This document shows positions 20,749-31,890 of a stretch of DNA of 64,000 nucleotides, in pieces (positions within the stretch are counted from its first letter, which is position 1; each line of letters starts with the position of its first letter). A program made the translations under genes and the position numbers. Origin of the DNA: a virus (taxonomy: Duplodnaviria > Caudoviricetes); IMG/VR virus record IMGVR_UViG_3300021431_000092, positions 37,738 through 101,737 of that record. One strand, 5' to 3'. A model generated the notes under the pieces. It ran no database searches. It was not told where the DNA came from and saw only the letters and a program-made list of their open reading frames with translations.

Positions 20749-21726
20749 CGTCAATTCCGCCATTTCTGACAGGACAGACTATATCTTCTATGGAATATCT
20801 ATTACCAACATTCCACAGCCGCGCGCTTCGGGCAATGCCCTACTCTACTTGCTTCTTCTCATAGATATTTCTTCTATGATATGCTTTCGATAGTCGTTAC
20901 ACTTTTATCAATCAATTGCACTTGAATGGAATTCATATCCTTTGTATATCCGGTGTATGCGTCCGTGAATCGCTGCGCTTACATTACTAATATTCAGGTT
21001 GTTATCTCTTGCAAACTTTGATATATTTGTGATACTCTCTCTTGAACCGTCTGGTTTTATCACATATACATAACCTAATTTTGTATGAGCTTTAACCTTT
21101 CCAACGTCTCCGCGCCTTGCATTCTCTGACACCGTAACCCATTCACAGTTGCTTGGAGTATAATCTCCATTAGAATCGAGTCTATCTATTGAAAGACCGT
21201 CTTTATATCCGTTCGAAATAGCCCACCTTTTGAACGCATCATATCCACCAAGTAGCCATTCGTCGCACATTACAACGCCTTTACCACCATAGCACTCATA
21301 TCTCGGATTGTTTGGGTTATAACACCTTTGCTTTATACCATGATAAATATGATATAGTTTTTCATTCCTAACTCCAGACTCCCTACATTTATTACAGAAC
21401 TCAGTTTTTCTGCGCTTCAATGCATTCCTGTCGACCCACACTTCATTGCCGCAATCACACACACATAGCCAACTCGTCTTCCTGTTCGGCAACTCTCCTG
21501 TTTGCTTGTATTTATCAGTGACAGTTAAACTCCCAAACTTCTTACCAACAATATCAAGCTTCACATGCTTCACGATCATCACCCCCTTATTATTTTTTAA
21601 TAATATGCTATTGATTGATACTTAGCACGGTATTACCATATCCACTTCGGACTTAGGCTCTCTTACCACCTTAACCTCTCGGTTTAGTTGACCGTTTTCA
21701 CGCGGTTTTGATTGGGCAAATCAATC
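20749..21726 (-). mobile_element. group I intron (978 nt) in dnaE
   Basis: P1 exon UUGGGU pairs with GCCCAA (U.G at 5' splice site); R GUAACGACUA, S AAGAUAUAGUC; terminal G; splicing gives FG-Y-NHS in frame. Confidence 0.92.
20908..21582 (-). CDS. intron-encoded HNH homing endonuclease
   Basis: WLCVCDCG, YGGKG, SIDRLDSNGDYTPSNCEW...N; probable C-terminal DNA-binding domain. Confidence 0.88.
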   Translation of the reverse strand: MMIVKHVKLDIVGKKFGSLTVTDKYKQTGELPNRKTSWLCVCDCGNEVWVDRNALKRRKTEFCNKCRESGVRNEKLYHIYHGIKQRCYNPNNPRYECYGGKGVVMCDEWLLGGYDAFKRWAISNGYKDGLSIDRLDSNGDYTPSNCEWVTVSENARRGDVGKVKAHTKLGYVYVIKPDGSRESITNISKFARDNNLNISNVSAAIHGRIHRIYKGYEFHSSAID

Positions 21727-23914
21727 ACCCAAACTGATAACTTGCGCTATCTTCTATGACCTGTAAGAACTCCTTAGCTTCTTGCTCCGCCTGCTCTCTC
21801 GGCTTGTCTGATTTGCTACAATACCCTTCTAAGATTGATGGCATCGCCGCATCCAATCTGTCTCTTTGCTTACGCCCAATCGCTCTTCTTATGTTGTCAG
21901 CGGCGCTTCCTGATAGACCGCATATCTGTTGCAGGAATGCAATCGTGTCTTCTTGATAAACCAGATATCCGAGGTTGTTTTCAAGTAACTTATCGATTAT
22001 AGGTGACGGATTTTTGTGAATCTTGCGAGACAATAAATCGTCTCTATATGAGGCTCCAGTCGGTCTGATACATGCTGTAACAAGACTCATGTCAAATATG
22101 TTTCTAGGTCGCATTTTCTTCAAGCAATCGAAAGCAAAGGGACTTTCAAACTGGAAAAGCATCGCATTACTTGTCATCATATCATCCCATACCGCTTCGT
22201 CATTCCAGTCTATCTCATTTGTTTTCGGGTATTTTATTCCTATCAGATCACACGCATCTCTTATTCTTGTGACGGTTGATAAGATCAGGAAGTCGTACTT
22301 TGCAAGACCAGTATAGTCATGTATGTTTTCCATATCCAACATCAAGCACGGCTCCCCGTCTTTGTTGAAAACACCATAGTTATCTCTCAGCGTTATAGGG
22401 CTGATAACCATACCGGCCGGATGAACCGACTGCGAAATGATGACGTTGAGAAGCCCGTCGTAGTAGTAGAATAAGTCAGGGTATTTCTTCTTTGTTCCTT
22501 CAGGATCGGAGTCAAACTCCGCTTTTATTTCTGCAATATTCTTTAGGCTGTACGGATTGTCGCTGCTGTTTCCGCCCATCATATCTATCCATCTTGAAGA
22601 GAGGCATCTTCCGACTTCATCTATGACACCCTTCTCCTTGATAGTTCCGAACGAAGCTACGCGAGCTGTTTTCTCAATACCAAACCTATCTATAATGTGC
22701 TTGAAAATTGCTGGACGATCTGTCTCAACGCAATCGATATCGATATCTCCTATCTCCTCTCGATCCTCATTACAAAACCGAGAAAAAACAGTATGCCATG
22801 TTTCTGGATTAAGGTCAATAATATCTGTTACATATGCGACTCGCGAACCACCGACAGAACCTCTTGCTGTTCCAATGGCCATTCCTTGATCCTTACACCA
22901 TGAAATCAATTCGCTCATGGAAAGCATGAACCCATCCATCTTGAGCTTCTGAAAAACGCGCATTTCCTCATCAATCGAAGCTCTGAATGCATTTTTCTGC
23001 GACTCCGAGATAACGCCGGAATCGAGTTTGTCTTGAAACTTTCTCTCAACAGTTTCAACAAACTTCTTTGAATCCTCTTCTCTTGTACCGTACAATATTG
23101 GATACTTGATTGAGGTGTCTAAAATGATTTCATCTGTCATCTCAACGAGTCTATTCGTATTCTCAATTGCTTCAAGATACACAGCCTCTGGCAGAGCAGC
23201 TTGGCGAGAGAACATCTCAACTAGCTCAGGATACGTTTTGTATGTCAGGTCAAAAGAATCCTCGTCGCCGTAACTCTTTCTCTTTGCCTCAAGCAAAACC
23301 TGCCTACACTCTGCCATGTATTTCGAAGAGCTGTGTGTGTCAGTACCCGCTATCAGAGGGGTTCCAAGTTGTTTCGAGAGATCAAATAGTCGTTTATTAA
23401 ACAATACCTGATCCTCATGTGAATGCCCCTGAATTTCAAGAAAATCATACTTTTGAGCAAGCTCCATATATCTTGGATGTGTAGTCGGTAGTCTGTTTAA
23501 TGGAGAAGCGAGACATGCACTCGTTGAGATTATATTATCAGACATATTCAGGAACTCATCAAAACTGATTCGATTTACATAATAGAAATGATCTTCATCG
23601 CATGATCTACTAACGAGCTCGTTCAGCTCTCTGAGACCATCCATATTTCTGGCCATCAATACAACATGGTAGTTATCTCTTACTTTATTATCAAGAGATT
23701 CTGTCAGGTATAATTCTACGCTATGTATGTATTTAATACCGGCCTTTTTACATGCTCCCCATTTTTCAGTCCAGTTAAGTGGCTTGCCGTGCTCTGAAAT
23801 AGATAATGCTTTTGCACCATCTCTTACGGCCAGCTCAATATAGTCCTGATATTTTGTTGCGCTATCTAACAAGCTATAATATGAATGGCAATGATACATC
23901 GTGTAAGACTTCAT
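21727..23914 (-). CDS. dnaE: DNA polymerase III alpha, exon 1
   Basis: PHP HCHSYYSLLD, RGSVGGS, DIDID, HPAG, KYDFL, FQFES, YQE. Confidence 0.95.
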
Positions 23915-24355
23915 TTAACCACCCCAATCGATATTGTCGAACACATCGTCAATTGTATCATCTCTTCTGATCCAATTTACCTCAATGTGTCCACATTTTC
24001 TACACCTCGATACTTCAACATCTACGTTTTTATGTACTTCAACCACATCATATATACACGGATCAAGTTCGCTACGTCCGTCAGGCTTGATTGAAATGCC
24101 ATTGTGATATTCACACTTACTCTTCTTCATATTTACCAGACGTTTCATCGACAACAACCATGCGAATATTAAAATTCGACACGACTTTTGTGTCCTTCAA
24201 ACGCCTATTCACCTCTCTTTCGACTTCTCTATCGAACCTTCTGCTGTCTTTAGACCAAACCTTAGCAGAAATCCAAGCAAAAAAGCCAGAACAAGCTGCT
24301 GCAAAAGCCAAAATTTCAGCCGCCCACTTCAAAAATCCCACAAACAACATCTCCT

Positions 24356-25351
24356 TTACAGCCTGTAACGGCATTCATTATATAATTTTCTGAAAACAGA
24401 CTCTCCTTTGTCGACAGGAGCATCTTTTGCAGATAAAAGTCGCTTAAAATCGTATAAGTACGACACATTTACGTACTGTTTGAGCGTCTGGATGTTCTTG
24501 TCTGCCTTAACATCGATCTCTTCGTCGAGTGCAAACACAACAGGCACGCCGAGCCGCGCTAAAATCTTCATTTGAGACGGGTTTAAGTGCGAAGTTAGTA
24601 GCGCTCCTGTATTTTTGAAGCCAAATCCCCGTGCTAGAAGCACCGATTTCATTCCTTCGAACAAAATCACCTCATGTTTGTCACGGATTGCGTCTTTATT
24701 TTCATAAAGACCGTACAAAACAGCCATTTGGCCACCCCAACCATGCCTGTAACCGTACTTTGAGATGCCCTTTGCCTTAAAATCAGGATCAAGAGTCCTC
24801 ATTCCGACATTTACAAGCTGTCCGGCGTCATTTTTGATTGGGTAGACGATGCAGTTTGAAAAACTATCGTATTTTACGCCGAAAAACTTCATCGCCTCGT
24901 CAGTAATACCCTCATCTCTCCAAATTTGAAGCTTCTCAGGTCTGTTCTCGTACCGATCCATGTAATTATCTGGCAGAGCGTGTATAAAACCCGTCTTTTG
25001 TTGTCGTTTTTTCGCCTTAAAAGCGCTACAAACCTTAGTTGCGCTCATTTTTTCAGCAAATTTGACTTCTCCATCGTCATCTTCTGAGATACCAGCGTAC
25101 TTTTTCAGTATTTTCACTGCCTTCCACGCCGGTACATTGTGGTACTTCTGAATAAAGAACAAAACCGATCCGCCTTGACCGCTTGAGAAGTCGTAGAACT
25201 TATTTGTCTCTCTTCTTACAGAAAACGACGGTGTGTTTTCGTCTTTGAACGGGGAGAGCCCCCAATATTCCCCGTTCTTTTCTTCAAGGTCGACATATTG
25301 ACCGATGTACTCGACAATATCAACCGACTCGATAAGTTTCGTCAAGTCCAT
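24356..25351 (-). CDS. dnaG: DnaG-type primase (Zn-less ZBD + TOPRIM)
   Basis: GLSPFKDENTPSF; LFEGMKS; ALDEE. Confidence 0.85.
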   Translation of the reverse strand: MDLTKLIESVDIVEYIGQYVDLEEKNGEYWGLSPFKDENTPSFSVRRETNKFYDFSSGQGGSVLFFIQKYHNVPAWKAVKILKKYAGISEDDDGEVKFAEKMSATKVCSAFKAKKRQQKTGFIHALPDNYMDRYENRPEKLQIWRDEGITDEAMKFFGVKYDSFSNCIVYPIKNDAGQLVNVGMRTLDPDFKAKGISKYGYRHGWGGQMAVLYGLYENKDAIRDKHEVILFEGMKSVLLARGFGFKNTGALLTSHLNPSQMKILARLGVPVVFALDEEIDVKADKNIQTLKQYVNVSYLYDFKRLLSAKDAPVDKGESVFRKLYNECRYRL

Positions 25352-25368
25352 CGAATCATCACCTCGCT

Positions 25369-25924
25369 TTAGACCTCATTCCCCCAGCAATCCCATCCGT
25401 CTCGCTCGCTCCGAGCATACATTTCGAGCTTGTTAAGATTGGGGTAGAGTCTTTCAATAATTTCATATGCAATCTGCGGCTTCTGACTATGTTTTTTAAC
25501 CTGCTCTGTAAAGACTGTATGAATTTTGCCTCTTTCTTCTGTGGCTACAGGTGTAAGTTTACCTTTATACATATAGAGAAGATACTCATGACCAAATCTT
25601 ACTGTAAACGCCGCAGGAATACCAGTTACCTTATTCCAAATCATCCTTGCATGAAGTTTATAACCAAGATCCTCTGCTATTCGCTGTGCTTCGAATAGAA
25701 ATTTATCGATTGTCCAAAGGAACATGACACTGTTGTCTGTTGTGTGCGAAACCGCAGTTGATATGTGGCCTTTTATCTCGTCAATAGTACACGTACTATA
25801 GTCAAGGCCAGTTCCACTTGTGTTTGGCCTAACGGACTTCCGCCCCCTTATTTTGTTTCCACGGCGGGTCTATGTATAGTAGACCATACACGTTTTCAGT
25901 CCTACTAAGATCATCTATTACCAT
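25369..25924 (-). pseudogene. MT-A70 family adenine methyltransferase, frameshifted in a G5 tract
   Basis: ATG at 25924 reads ...YIDPPWKQNKG then stop; shifting frame at 25843-25847 continues RKSVRPN...MFLW...HSQKP...LEMYAR...WGNE. Confidence 0.8.
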
Positions 25925-25939
25925 CTCAACACCCCGTAA

Positions 25940-27286
25940 TCAATATGGCTCTTCGATAACATGCTGTCTCTCAGCCTGCTTGTATCTACAAAAACTTCCC
26001 TCAAAATCCATGTCAATCCATTCATTTTCCGTCATTTGCGGGCCGTTTCTGTTGAATAAAACCCTTAACTTCTTTGTTGCGCCCGTTCCATCAGACTGCA
26101 CCTGCTCAATTGGCTTATCCATAATAGAGATTACGGTCGACATCGATCGAGCTATTCTTGCCGAGTCTGCAATTCTTCCGGTTGCTGTTGTTTGCGCAGC
26201 GGTCAGACCACATATCCCCATCTCGCCCGCTATTTTGTTCTTCAAAATATCTGCGCAGTTTCCAAGATCTGCGTACACAGAGTACGCATCGTCCTTAGCA
26301 CTGTTAGCCTTAAGATAGTCAACGATAATGCAGTCGATATCAATAAGATGCTTGGCTTTCTTTGCTGCTAAATACATTGCGTTCGCTTCAAGGACTGGCG
26401 TGTATACATGAATCAATCTTCGTGTCTTAATCCATCGAACTGCATCTTCGATTGCCGCCGCTTCTTCAGCGCCATAATTACCAGACCTGAGTCTGCCGAA
26501 CGGAATCCCAGACAGATGTGATAGAAGTCTGATCGTCCATAGTTTGGTTGACAGTTCTGAGTCGATATACAAAACACCCTTATCCTTTTTCAACAGATCC
26601 ACACAGCACGTTAGAAGCATTGCACTCTTACCGGCTTTAGCAGGAGCGCAGAATGCAACGACCTCGCCGGGTTCCATGACGACATAGTTATTCAAAAGCG
26701 GGAACGGGAACTCAATTGCGTTCGTTCTTCCAGTTTGACGTTCTTTGATCTCTCCCCACAAGTCATCAATAACATCCTTGTATTCAGGCATATCTGAATT
26801 ATTTGTGAAGTCGAGCATCACACCGTCTATTGCTTCATAAATCTCCTTCTCTACATCCGGATTGTTTCTATCGAAACACAAAGCCTCGCAAGACCGCAGT
26901 GTCTGAAATGTGTCTCTTCTAAACGCCGCGTCCAAGATGTTGTGCGCTATCACTTTGTACTCTTCCGGACTATGCCTAGCGAGTATCTCACTCATTTCCA
27001 TAAACTCTTGGAGTTTTTCGATCGTCAGATCTTCTGCATACTTCCTCGTCGCTTCGGAAGCGTTCAGAACTTCTAAGATGTTGTATGGGTCGACAGTCTT
27101 AATACCGCGCCGTGCCAACTCGCATATTGCTGTATACACACATCGATTATTCTTGTCTGAGAAATGATTTGGGAGTAGGTTCTCACAGTAAAAGCACAGC
27201 TCTGGATTGTGAATCAAAGACGCAATTACTCCCGCCTCGCTCTCAAGAGAGTTAATGTCGTTCGCGTTCACTTCGTGCACCCCCAA
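25940..27286 (-). CDS. DnaB-like replicative helicase
   Basis: N-terminal DnaB domain, Walker A APAKAGKS, IDSE, IIVDYLK, AAQ, NRNG. Confidence 0.9.
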   Translation of the reverse strand: MGVHEVNANDINSLESEAGVIASLIHNPELCFYCENLLPNHFSDKNNRCVYTAICELARRGIKTVDPYNILEVLNASEATRKYAEDLTIEKLQEFMEMSEILARHSPEEYKVIAHNILDAAFRRDTFQTLRSCEALCFDRNNPDVEKEIYEAIDGVMLDFTNNSDMPEYKDVIDDLWGEIKERQTGRTNAIEFPFPLLNNYVVMEPGEVVAFCAPAKAGKSAMLLTCCVDLLKKDKGVLYIDSELSTKLWTIRLLSHLSGIPFGRLRSGNYGAEEAAAIEDAVRWIKTRRLIHVYTPVLEANAMYLAAKKAKHLIDIDCIIVDYLKANSAKDDAYSVYADLGNCADILKNKIAGEMGICGLTAAQTTATGRIADSARIARSMSTVISIMDKPIEQVQSDGTGATKKLRVLFNRNGPQMTENEWIDMDFEGSFCRYKQAERQHVIEEPY

Positions 27287-28061
27287 AAGCTATTTCATAA
27301 TAAGGGCACTGCCCTTTATAGCCGCATAAATTCGTGCAGTAAAACCAGTCAATGTTTGGATAAAATTTATCAGCAGTCTCAATCTTTCTTATCGAATCAA
27401 CAGCCCAGCCTTTAGCGTTCTCGAACGCGCTCTTGTTGAACTCTTCTTCAATAAACTCACCTGACTTGAAGCAATTAAAACATAACTTCTTAGGCAGTTT
27501 TCCAAACCGTTGTTCAATACCAACAGCATAAAGGTAAAGCTGTTTAAGAAACTCGTCTAACTCTGCATCCTTTAGTGTCGGTTTTTTACGTCTGCTTCTT
27601 TGTTTCAGGTCTCTCGATTTGTGATCGACAATCACAAGCTCGTCTCCATCCATCCCGATATAATCAACGAATCCGACAAACTCATAATTATTTATATTAA
27701 ACTCAATCTTTTCTTCAACAGAAACCAGACTGTACGGAAACGGCTTGAAGTTCTGAAAGTAAGCCAACCCTGCATCCATGTATTTATCCACAATCTCTTG
27801 CTTTGGCCTTACACCTTCGACTGTATAATAAAATCCCATCAGGTAAGTCATGCTTAAATCCTGATGGGATATCTCGTCTCTATAGTATCTTTCAATTAAA
27901 TTGTGAATATACTTGCCATACGAGGCATAAAAATTCTGTTCTTCCTTGTCGCCATACAGATATTTCAAATACCAAGCATAGCGACAAGTATCAAACAATT
28001 TGATTCTGGAATAGCTCCACTGCATCGAATCTATGAGCGGCTTATAAACCGAGTCGCTCAT
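27252..28061 (-). CDS. PD-(D/E)xK exonuclease (RecB/Cas4-like, probable Fe-S)
   Basis: SYSRI...C, GFVD, VDHKS, QLYLY, C-terminal C..LC.....C. Confidence 0.85.
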   Translation of the reverse strand: MSDSVYKPLIDSMQWSYSRIKLFDTCRYAWYLKYLYGDKEEQNFYASYGKYIHNLIERYYRDEISHQDLSMTYLMGFYYTVEGVRPKQEIVDKYMDAGLAYFQNFKPFPYSLVSVEEKIEFNINNYEFVGFVDYIGMDGDELVIVDHKSRDLKQRSRRKKPTLKDAELDEFLKQLYLYAVGIEQRFGKLPKKLCFNCFKSGEFIEEEFNKSAFENAKGWAVDSIRKIETADKFYPNIDWFYCTNLCGYKGQCPYYEIAFGGARSERERH

Positions 28062-28071
28062 GAGGCATCAC

Positions 28072-28449
28072 TCAGAACGGAAGGTCATCGTCAGAAATCT
28101 GCTCTTCTGTATCTCCGCCGTCCTCTACGTGAACTTCTTCTTCCTTTTTCTCAGCGGGCTTCTGAAGTTCGAAACCAAAACATGTGTAGTTTACAAACTC
28201 CCTTTTCTTTTCCTTGTCGTATTTCGAAGACACATCTACATGACCAAGCTTGATGCGATCTTTTTCATGAAGCTCAAGAGCTTTCGCAGCATTATCTGCG
28301 CCAACGAACGCCACATATCCAGAGAAATCCTGAACATACGTACCAGTATCTCTGTCTTTTCTCGACGTTGTGATCCTAACTACAGTCATCGTGCGAGACT
28401 TACCGTCGACCTGCCAAACAGTTGCATATGCATCATTCCGAAACCCCAT
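28072..28449 (-). CDS. ssb: single-stranded DNA-binding protein
   Basis: OB-like body with acidic tail ending DDDLPF. Confidence 0.8.
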   Translation of the reverse strand: MGFRNDAYATVWQVDGKSRTMTVVRITTSRKDRDTGTYVQDFSGYVAFVGADNAAKALELHEKDRIKLGHVDVSSKYDKEKKREFVNYTCFGFELQKPAEKKEEEVHVEDGGDTEEQISDDDLPF

Positions 28450-28465
28450 AAATCATTCTCCTTTA

Positions 28466-29167
28466 TTATTCTTTTTCGCCAAGAAATTCTTTCTTAAAAT
28501 CGTCGAGCATTTTCTTTGCAAGGAGCGGTTCCTTAATACCTCTGATATTTCCGCTCTTAGCAAATCTTGTTGAAAACTCGTTTACCGCGTCTCTCTTATC
28601 AGGATTATCCGAAAGGAATGTGCGAGCCAAGAGTTCGAACGCCTTGACGATTTCTGCTGCCGTCTGGATGTCGTCAGCTTCCTGAGCTTCGTGCTGTTTC
28701 TTTCTGTACTGGTCGACGTCATTATCCTGAGCGATCTGGAAGTAAGAAAGAAGGAAGTATCTTGTCGTGTATGTAAGTGCAGAACCAAAAGCCTGTGACG
28801 GATCTGACTGAGCGCCAACTACATGCCACGGAACGATGATTCTTTCATTCGGATCGTCTTCGTTGACCCACGAGAAAACCATATCAGAGTCGTACAGGTA
28901 TTCATACGACACATCCTCGATCATATCGCCGCTCTTAGTTGGCTTAAACTTAGTCATTTTCTGAAGAGACACGGACGCAGAGTCATGTACAATCTCAGGC
29001 TCAAGTGCAACATGGTATTTCTCCATTCCGCCCTTTACTTTTGCAAGGATCTCATTAACGTCTGCGTACTTATAACCGTATCCGGATTTATCTTTCTTAA
29101 CAATATCAACAAGCTTCCTGATTTTTGCAAGCTTCTGATACAGATTAAGCTGTTCTGTTTCAGCCAT
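28466..29167 (-). CDS. ERF-family ssDNA annealing protein
   Basis: GYKYA, QAFGSALTYTTRY. Confidence 0.85.
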   Translation of the reverse strand: MAETEQLNLYQKLAKIRKLVDIVKKDKSGYGYKYADVNEILAKVKGGMEKYHVALEPEIVHDSASVSLQKMTKFKPTKSGDMIEDVSYEYLYDSDMVFSWVNEDDPNERIIVPWHVVGAQSDPSQAFGSALTYTTRYFLLSYFQIAQDNDVDQYRKKQHEAQEADDIQTAAEIVKAFELLARTFLSDNPDKRDAVNEFSTRFAKSGNIRGIKEPLLAKKMLDDFKKEFLGEKE

Positions 29168-29432
29168 TCTTTTCTCTCCCTATCATACTATAAATTTAGA
29201 ATTAAAACTCAAAGTCCTCGCAGCCTACGTGCTTACTGCCATTCTTAAACCAACCTCCGAGTTCGACGGCGCACTCATTACAAATGTCAAGGTCTTTCCA
29301 TCTGCCGCGCTCGAAACCGTTGTTTGTAAATACTGAGATCCGAACATTAGGAGCCTTTCTGCCCTCATCAAAATCGCAAAACTTACCGCATCTATCACAA
29401 CTGTACGCTTTCATTTTACAACCTCCTATGAT

Positions 29433-30002
29433 TTACTGCTTTTCATCAATGTATGTCGCCGCGCCGTCTGCTACATGGAGCAGCCACGCGAGCGGATATG
29501 CTTCAAAAGCCGAGCCAATAGACCGCGCATCGCCATCAAATGCCCCCATATGGCAGTGGATAGCAACGGCCTCTTCAGGCTTAAGCTTCATGAAGGTCTG
29601 TACAATATACACGGATTTGGCTCCGTGCCCGCCAAACTTAAACTTCTCATTATGAGTGTAAGCGTCGTAACTCTCCCATTGACCATGCTCGTTCTTTCGG
29701 TTTCTCTTCTCTACCCCATATAGATTCACCTTACATAAATCATGAAAGAGAGCGATGATCGCCACGGTTTCATCGTCCGCCTCAACTTCTGGGAACGCAA
29801 CAAGAAGCCTCTTAAGTTCCTTATATACATTCAGGCTATGCTGCAATAGCCCGCCCTCATAACTCCCATGAAACCTCGTACTTGCAGGGGCTGTATAGAA
29901 ATCACTTTTCTCCAGCCATCCAAGCAGATCGAGCACGCCATACCTCTTAATGTTTTCCTTGCAGAGTTGTAAAAACTCTGTTTTATTATTATCTATATTC
30001 AT
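29433..30002 (-). CDS. HD-domain hydrolase
   Basis: APASTRFH...GGL..HS, HDLCK, GHG.KS, HMG, LHVAD. Confidence 0.85.
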   Translation of the reverse strand: MNIDNNKTEFLQLCKENIKRYGVLDLLGWLEKSDFYTAPASTRFHGSYEGGLLQHSLNVYKELKRLLVAFPEVEADDETVAIIALFHDLCKVNLYGVEKRNRKNEHGQWESYDAYTHNEKFKFGGHGAKSVYIVQTFMKLKPEEAVAIHCHMGAFDGDARSIGSAFEAYPLAWLLHVADGAATYIDEKQ

Positions 30003-30079
30003 ATAACCTCCGTGTTCTAAACAGCACTACTAAATAGTGCTTATGCCTATTTGATAGACCCGCATTCGCGGGTCATTGT

Positions 30080-31033
30080 TTATTTTTGGAATGCAAATTT
30101 CCATGATTCATAATCTTTTTTATACGCTGTTGCAATGCGTGTTACTTTTGAATTCATTGTATGGTCTTTTGTTGCTTTGTATTCTCTCCCGTGCATAACA
30201 TTTTCTGCCACCCATCTAAAGTCAGGGTTAACCCCCATCTTCTCTAACTCATACAATCTAAAAAACAATCCGGACAGCCGTAATGTTTCATATGTGAATC
30301 TACAACTCACAATACCGTTCTTGTTTGCACTTTTCACCTTCCTAGATGCGTTTGTTAGCAAGAAAGAAATACCATCTTGACCATCAATACCTCTAAACAA
30401 AAGATCACCACTTGCCCTATCTCTCCATACATACTTCTCTCTAAAAGTTGGGTGATATAGTCTAAACTGCTTAATCTCTTTACAAGATAAAAGCGTATCT
30501 TTAGATTCTTCATATATCTGATATTCTTTTCCATTCAAGAACACAACCATATTATTAAAGTCAACCATATCTTCTGTCATCGACTTAATAGCGTCGCATT
30601 CTATTCCAGAAAATGCCATCCAGTATACAGACTTGTATATGATATCGGTCGTGCAGTCATCATCGTGTCTGAATATTTTATCTAATATATCAGACAAATG
30701 ACTTGGACTCGAAACCATCCTGTCTCTAAATTTATTTGTCTCGTCGATAGATACATAACGTAAATTGTTTTCTGCTCCACTAACGCCAGACTCGACAGCC
30801 CAATTTATATACCGCGACAATCTAGTAAGAGCATTCGCTCTTGACGATTGTCTCATTCCGAGACTTTGATCGCAAAAAAGTTGCAGTTCTGACGTAGAGA
30901 ATGTACACAAATCATACCCATATTCTTTTTCGAATGGCTCTGATTTACCAAATAAAGAGATGAACTCGGCAGAGTATCTATCATTAAATCCGCACTCTCT
31001 TAAAAATCTCTTTTTCAATTCTTCGTTAAACAT
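30080..31033 (-). CDS. MrpR (SPbeta YopR)-like lysogeny repressor with tyrosine-recombinase fold
   Basis: MFNEELKKRFL...E....DL..F....L......L..YI.WA N-terminus and degenerate 'LRLSG' catalytic region; recognised by eye. Confidence 0.65.
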   Translation of the reverse strand: MFNEELKKRFLRECGFNDRYSAEFISLFGKSEPFEKEYGYDLCTFSTSELQLFCDQSLGMRQSSRANALTRLSRYINWAVESGVSGAENNLRYVSIDETNKFRDRMVSSPSHLSDILDKIFRHDDDCTTDIIYKSVYWMAFSGIECDAIKSMTEDMVDFNNMVVFLNGKEYQIYEESKDTLLSCKEIKQFRLYHPTFREKYVWRDRASGDLLFRGIDGQDGISFLLTNASRKVKSANKNGIVSCRFTYETLRLSGLFFRLYELEKMGVNPDFRWVAENVMHGREYKATKDHTMNSKVTRIATAYKKDYESWKFAFQK

Positions 31034-31044
31034 AATAAGTGTGC

Positions 31045-31455
31045 CTATTCTTTATTCAATTTCATTGCGATATTCCAAGCCGAAACCAGCTCGTCTTGGT
31101 TTATAAAAGATATTCCGCCTGTCGCTATCAAACTCGCCTTCGCTATACTCGACATATATTGTTGATTTAATGTTGTAATATATCTAAATATTTTTGCCTT
31201 TGATATAATCTGTGGGTTTTCACAGAGCGCAATACTATCTTTTTCAATACCGGAGTCTGAACATGATATGAATACGTGTGTTGGCAAATGCAGCTTTTTT
31301 ATAGAGGATGTCAAAGGTATTGCTATAATATTATCGCTATGTTTATTGCCTCTATTATTCTGAAATACAACGCCCGGACGAACTCCCGCCTGTTCGTGCC
31401 CAACTCCACTAAACAACATTACATAAACGTCTCCAATACGTGGGATTAAACTCAT
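31045..31455 (-). CDS. PemK/MazF-family endoribonuclease
   Basis: GDVY, GHEQAGVRPGVVFQNN.GN, IPLTS, LPTHV, S.ALCE. Confidence 0.85.
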   Translation of the reverse strand: MSLIPRIGDVYVMLFSGVGHEQAGVRPGVVFQNNRGNKHSDNIIAIPLTSSIKKLHLPTHVFISCSDSGIEKDSIALCENPQIISKAKIFRYITTLNQQYMSSIAKASLIATGGISFINQDELVSAWNIAMKLNKE

Positions 31456-31477
31456 GCTGAATCCTTTCTACACATAT

Positions 31478-31506
31478 ATTATATCATAAATCCGCACGAT
31501 TGTCAA
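31478..31506 (-). promoter_or_regulatory. consensus sigmaA promoter for the mazF-like/mrpR-like unit
   Basis: TTGACA-17 nt-TATAAT with TG extension. Confidence 0.85.
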
Positions 31507-31890
31507 CACTTTTTTGTTGTGCTAAATATATTTTTATTATTTAACTTCGTACACAGCTATAACAAGCTCGCATTTTGTGCATCCGTTGATATAATTTACT
31601 GTCATAAAGTACGAAGATTCATCACGAGAGGACGCGACAGACTGTATTAAGTCAATTCCGTTTATAACGCTAATGCCAAATGTGCTGCTGCCACGGTCGT
31701 TGTAAAAGACAATTGCATCCGGATTATATGATACAAATATAAATTTATATTCCTGATTAAAATCAAACATAAAACGACTGTCGTTATTTTGATATTCTGA
31801 TCTTATTACGAACTTATACCCTTTCGAAAACCGCCTTTCTATTTCAGACAACCTTACTTTACTCATTCTTCTTTCCTCCTACAATTAAAC

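Noticed and set aside
21725-21727. Stop-codon recoding or split intein explaining the TGA in dnaE
   Set aside because: The group I intron splice site falls inside this TGA; no intein motifs; other genes use standard stops
27252-28061. Cas4 adaptation gene
   Set aside because: Sits in an ERF-SSB-exonuclease-helicase recombination module; no cas1 or array
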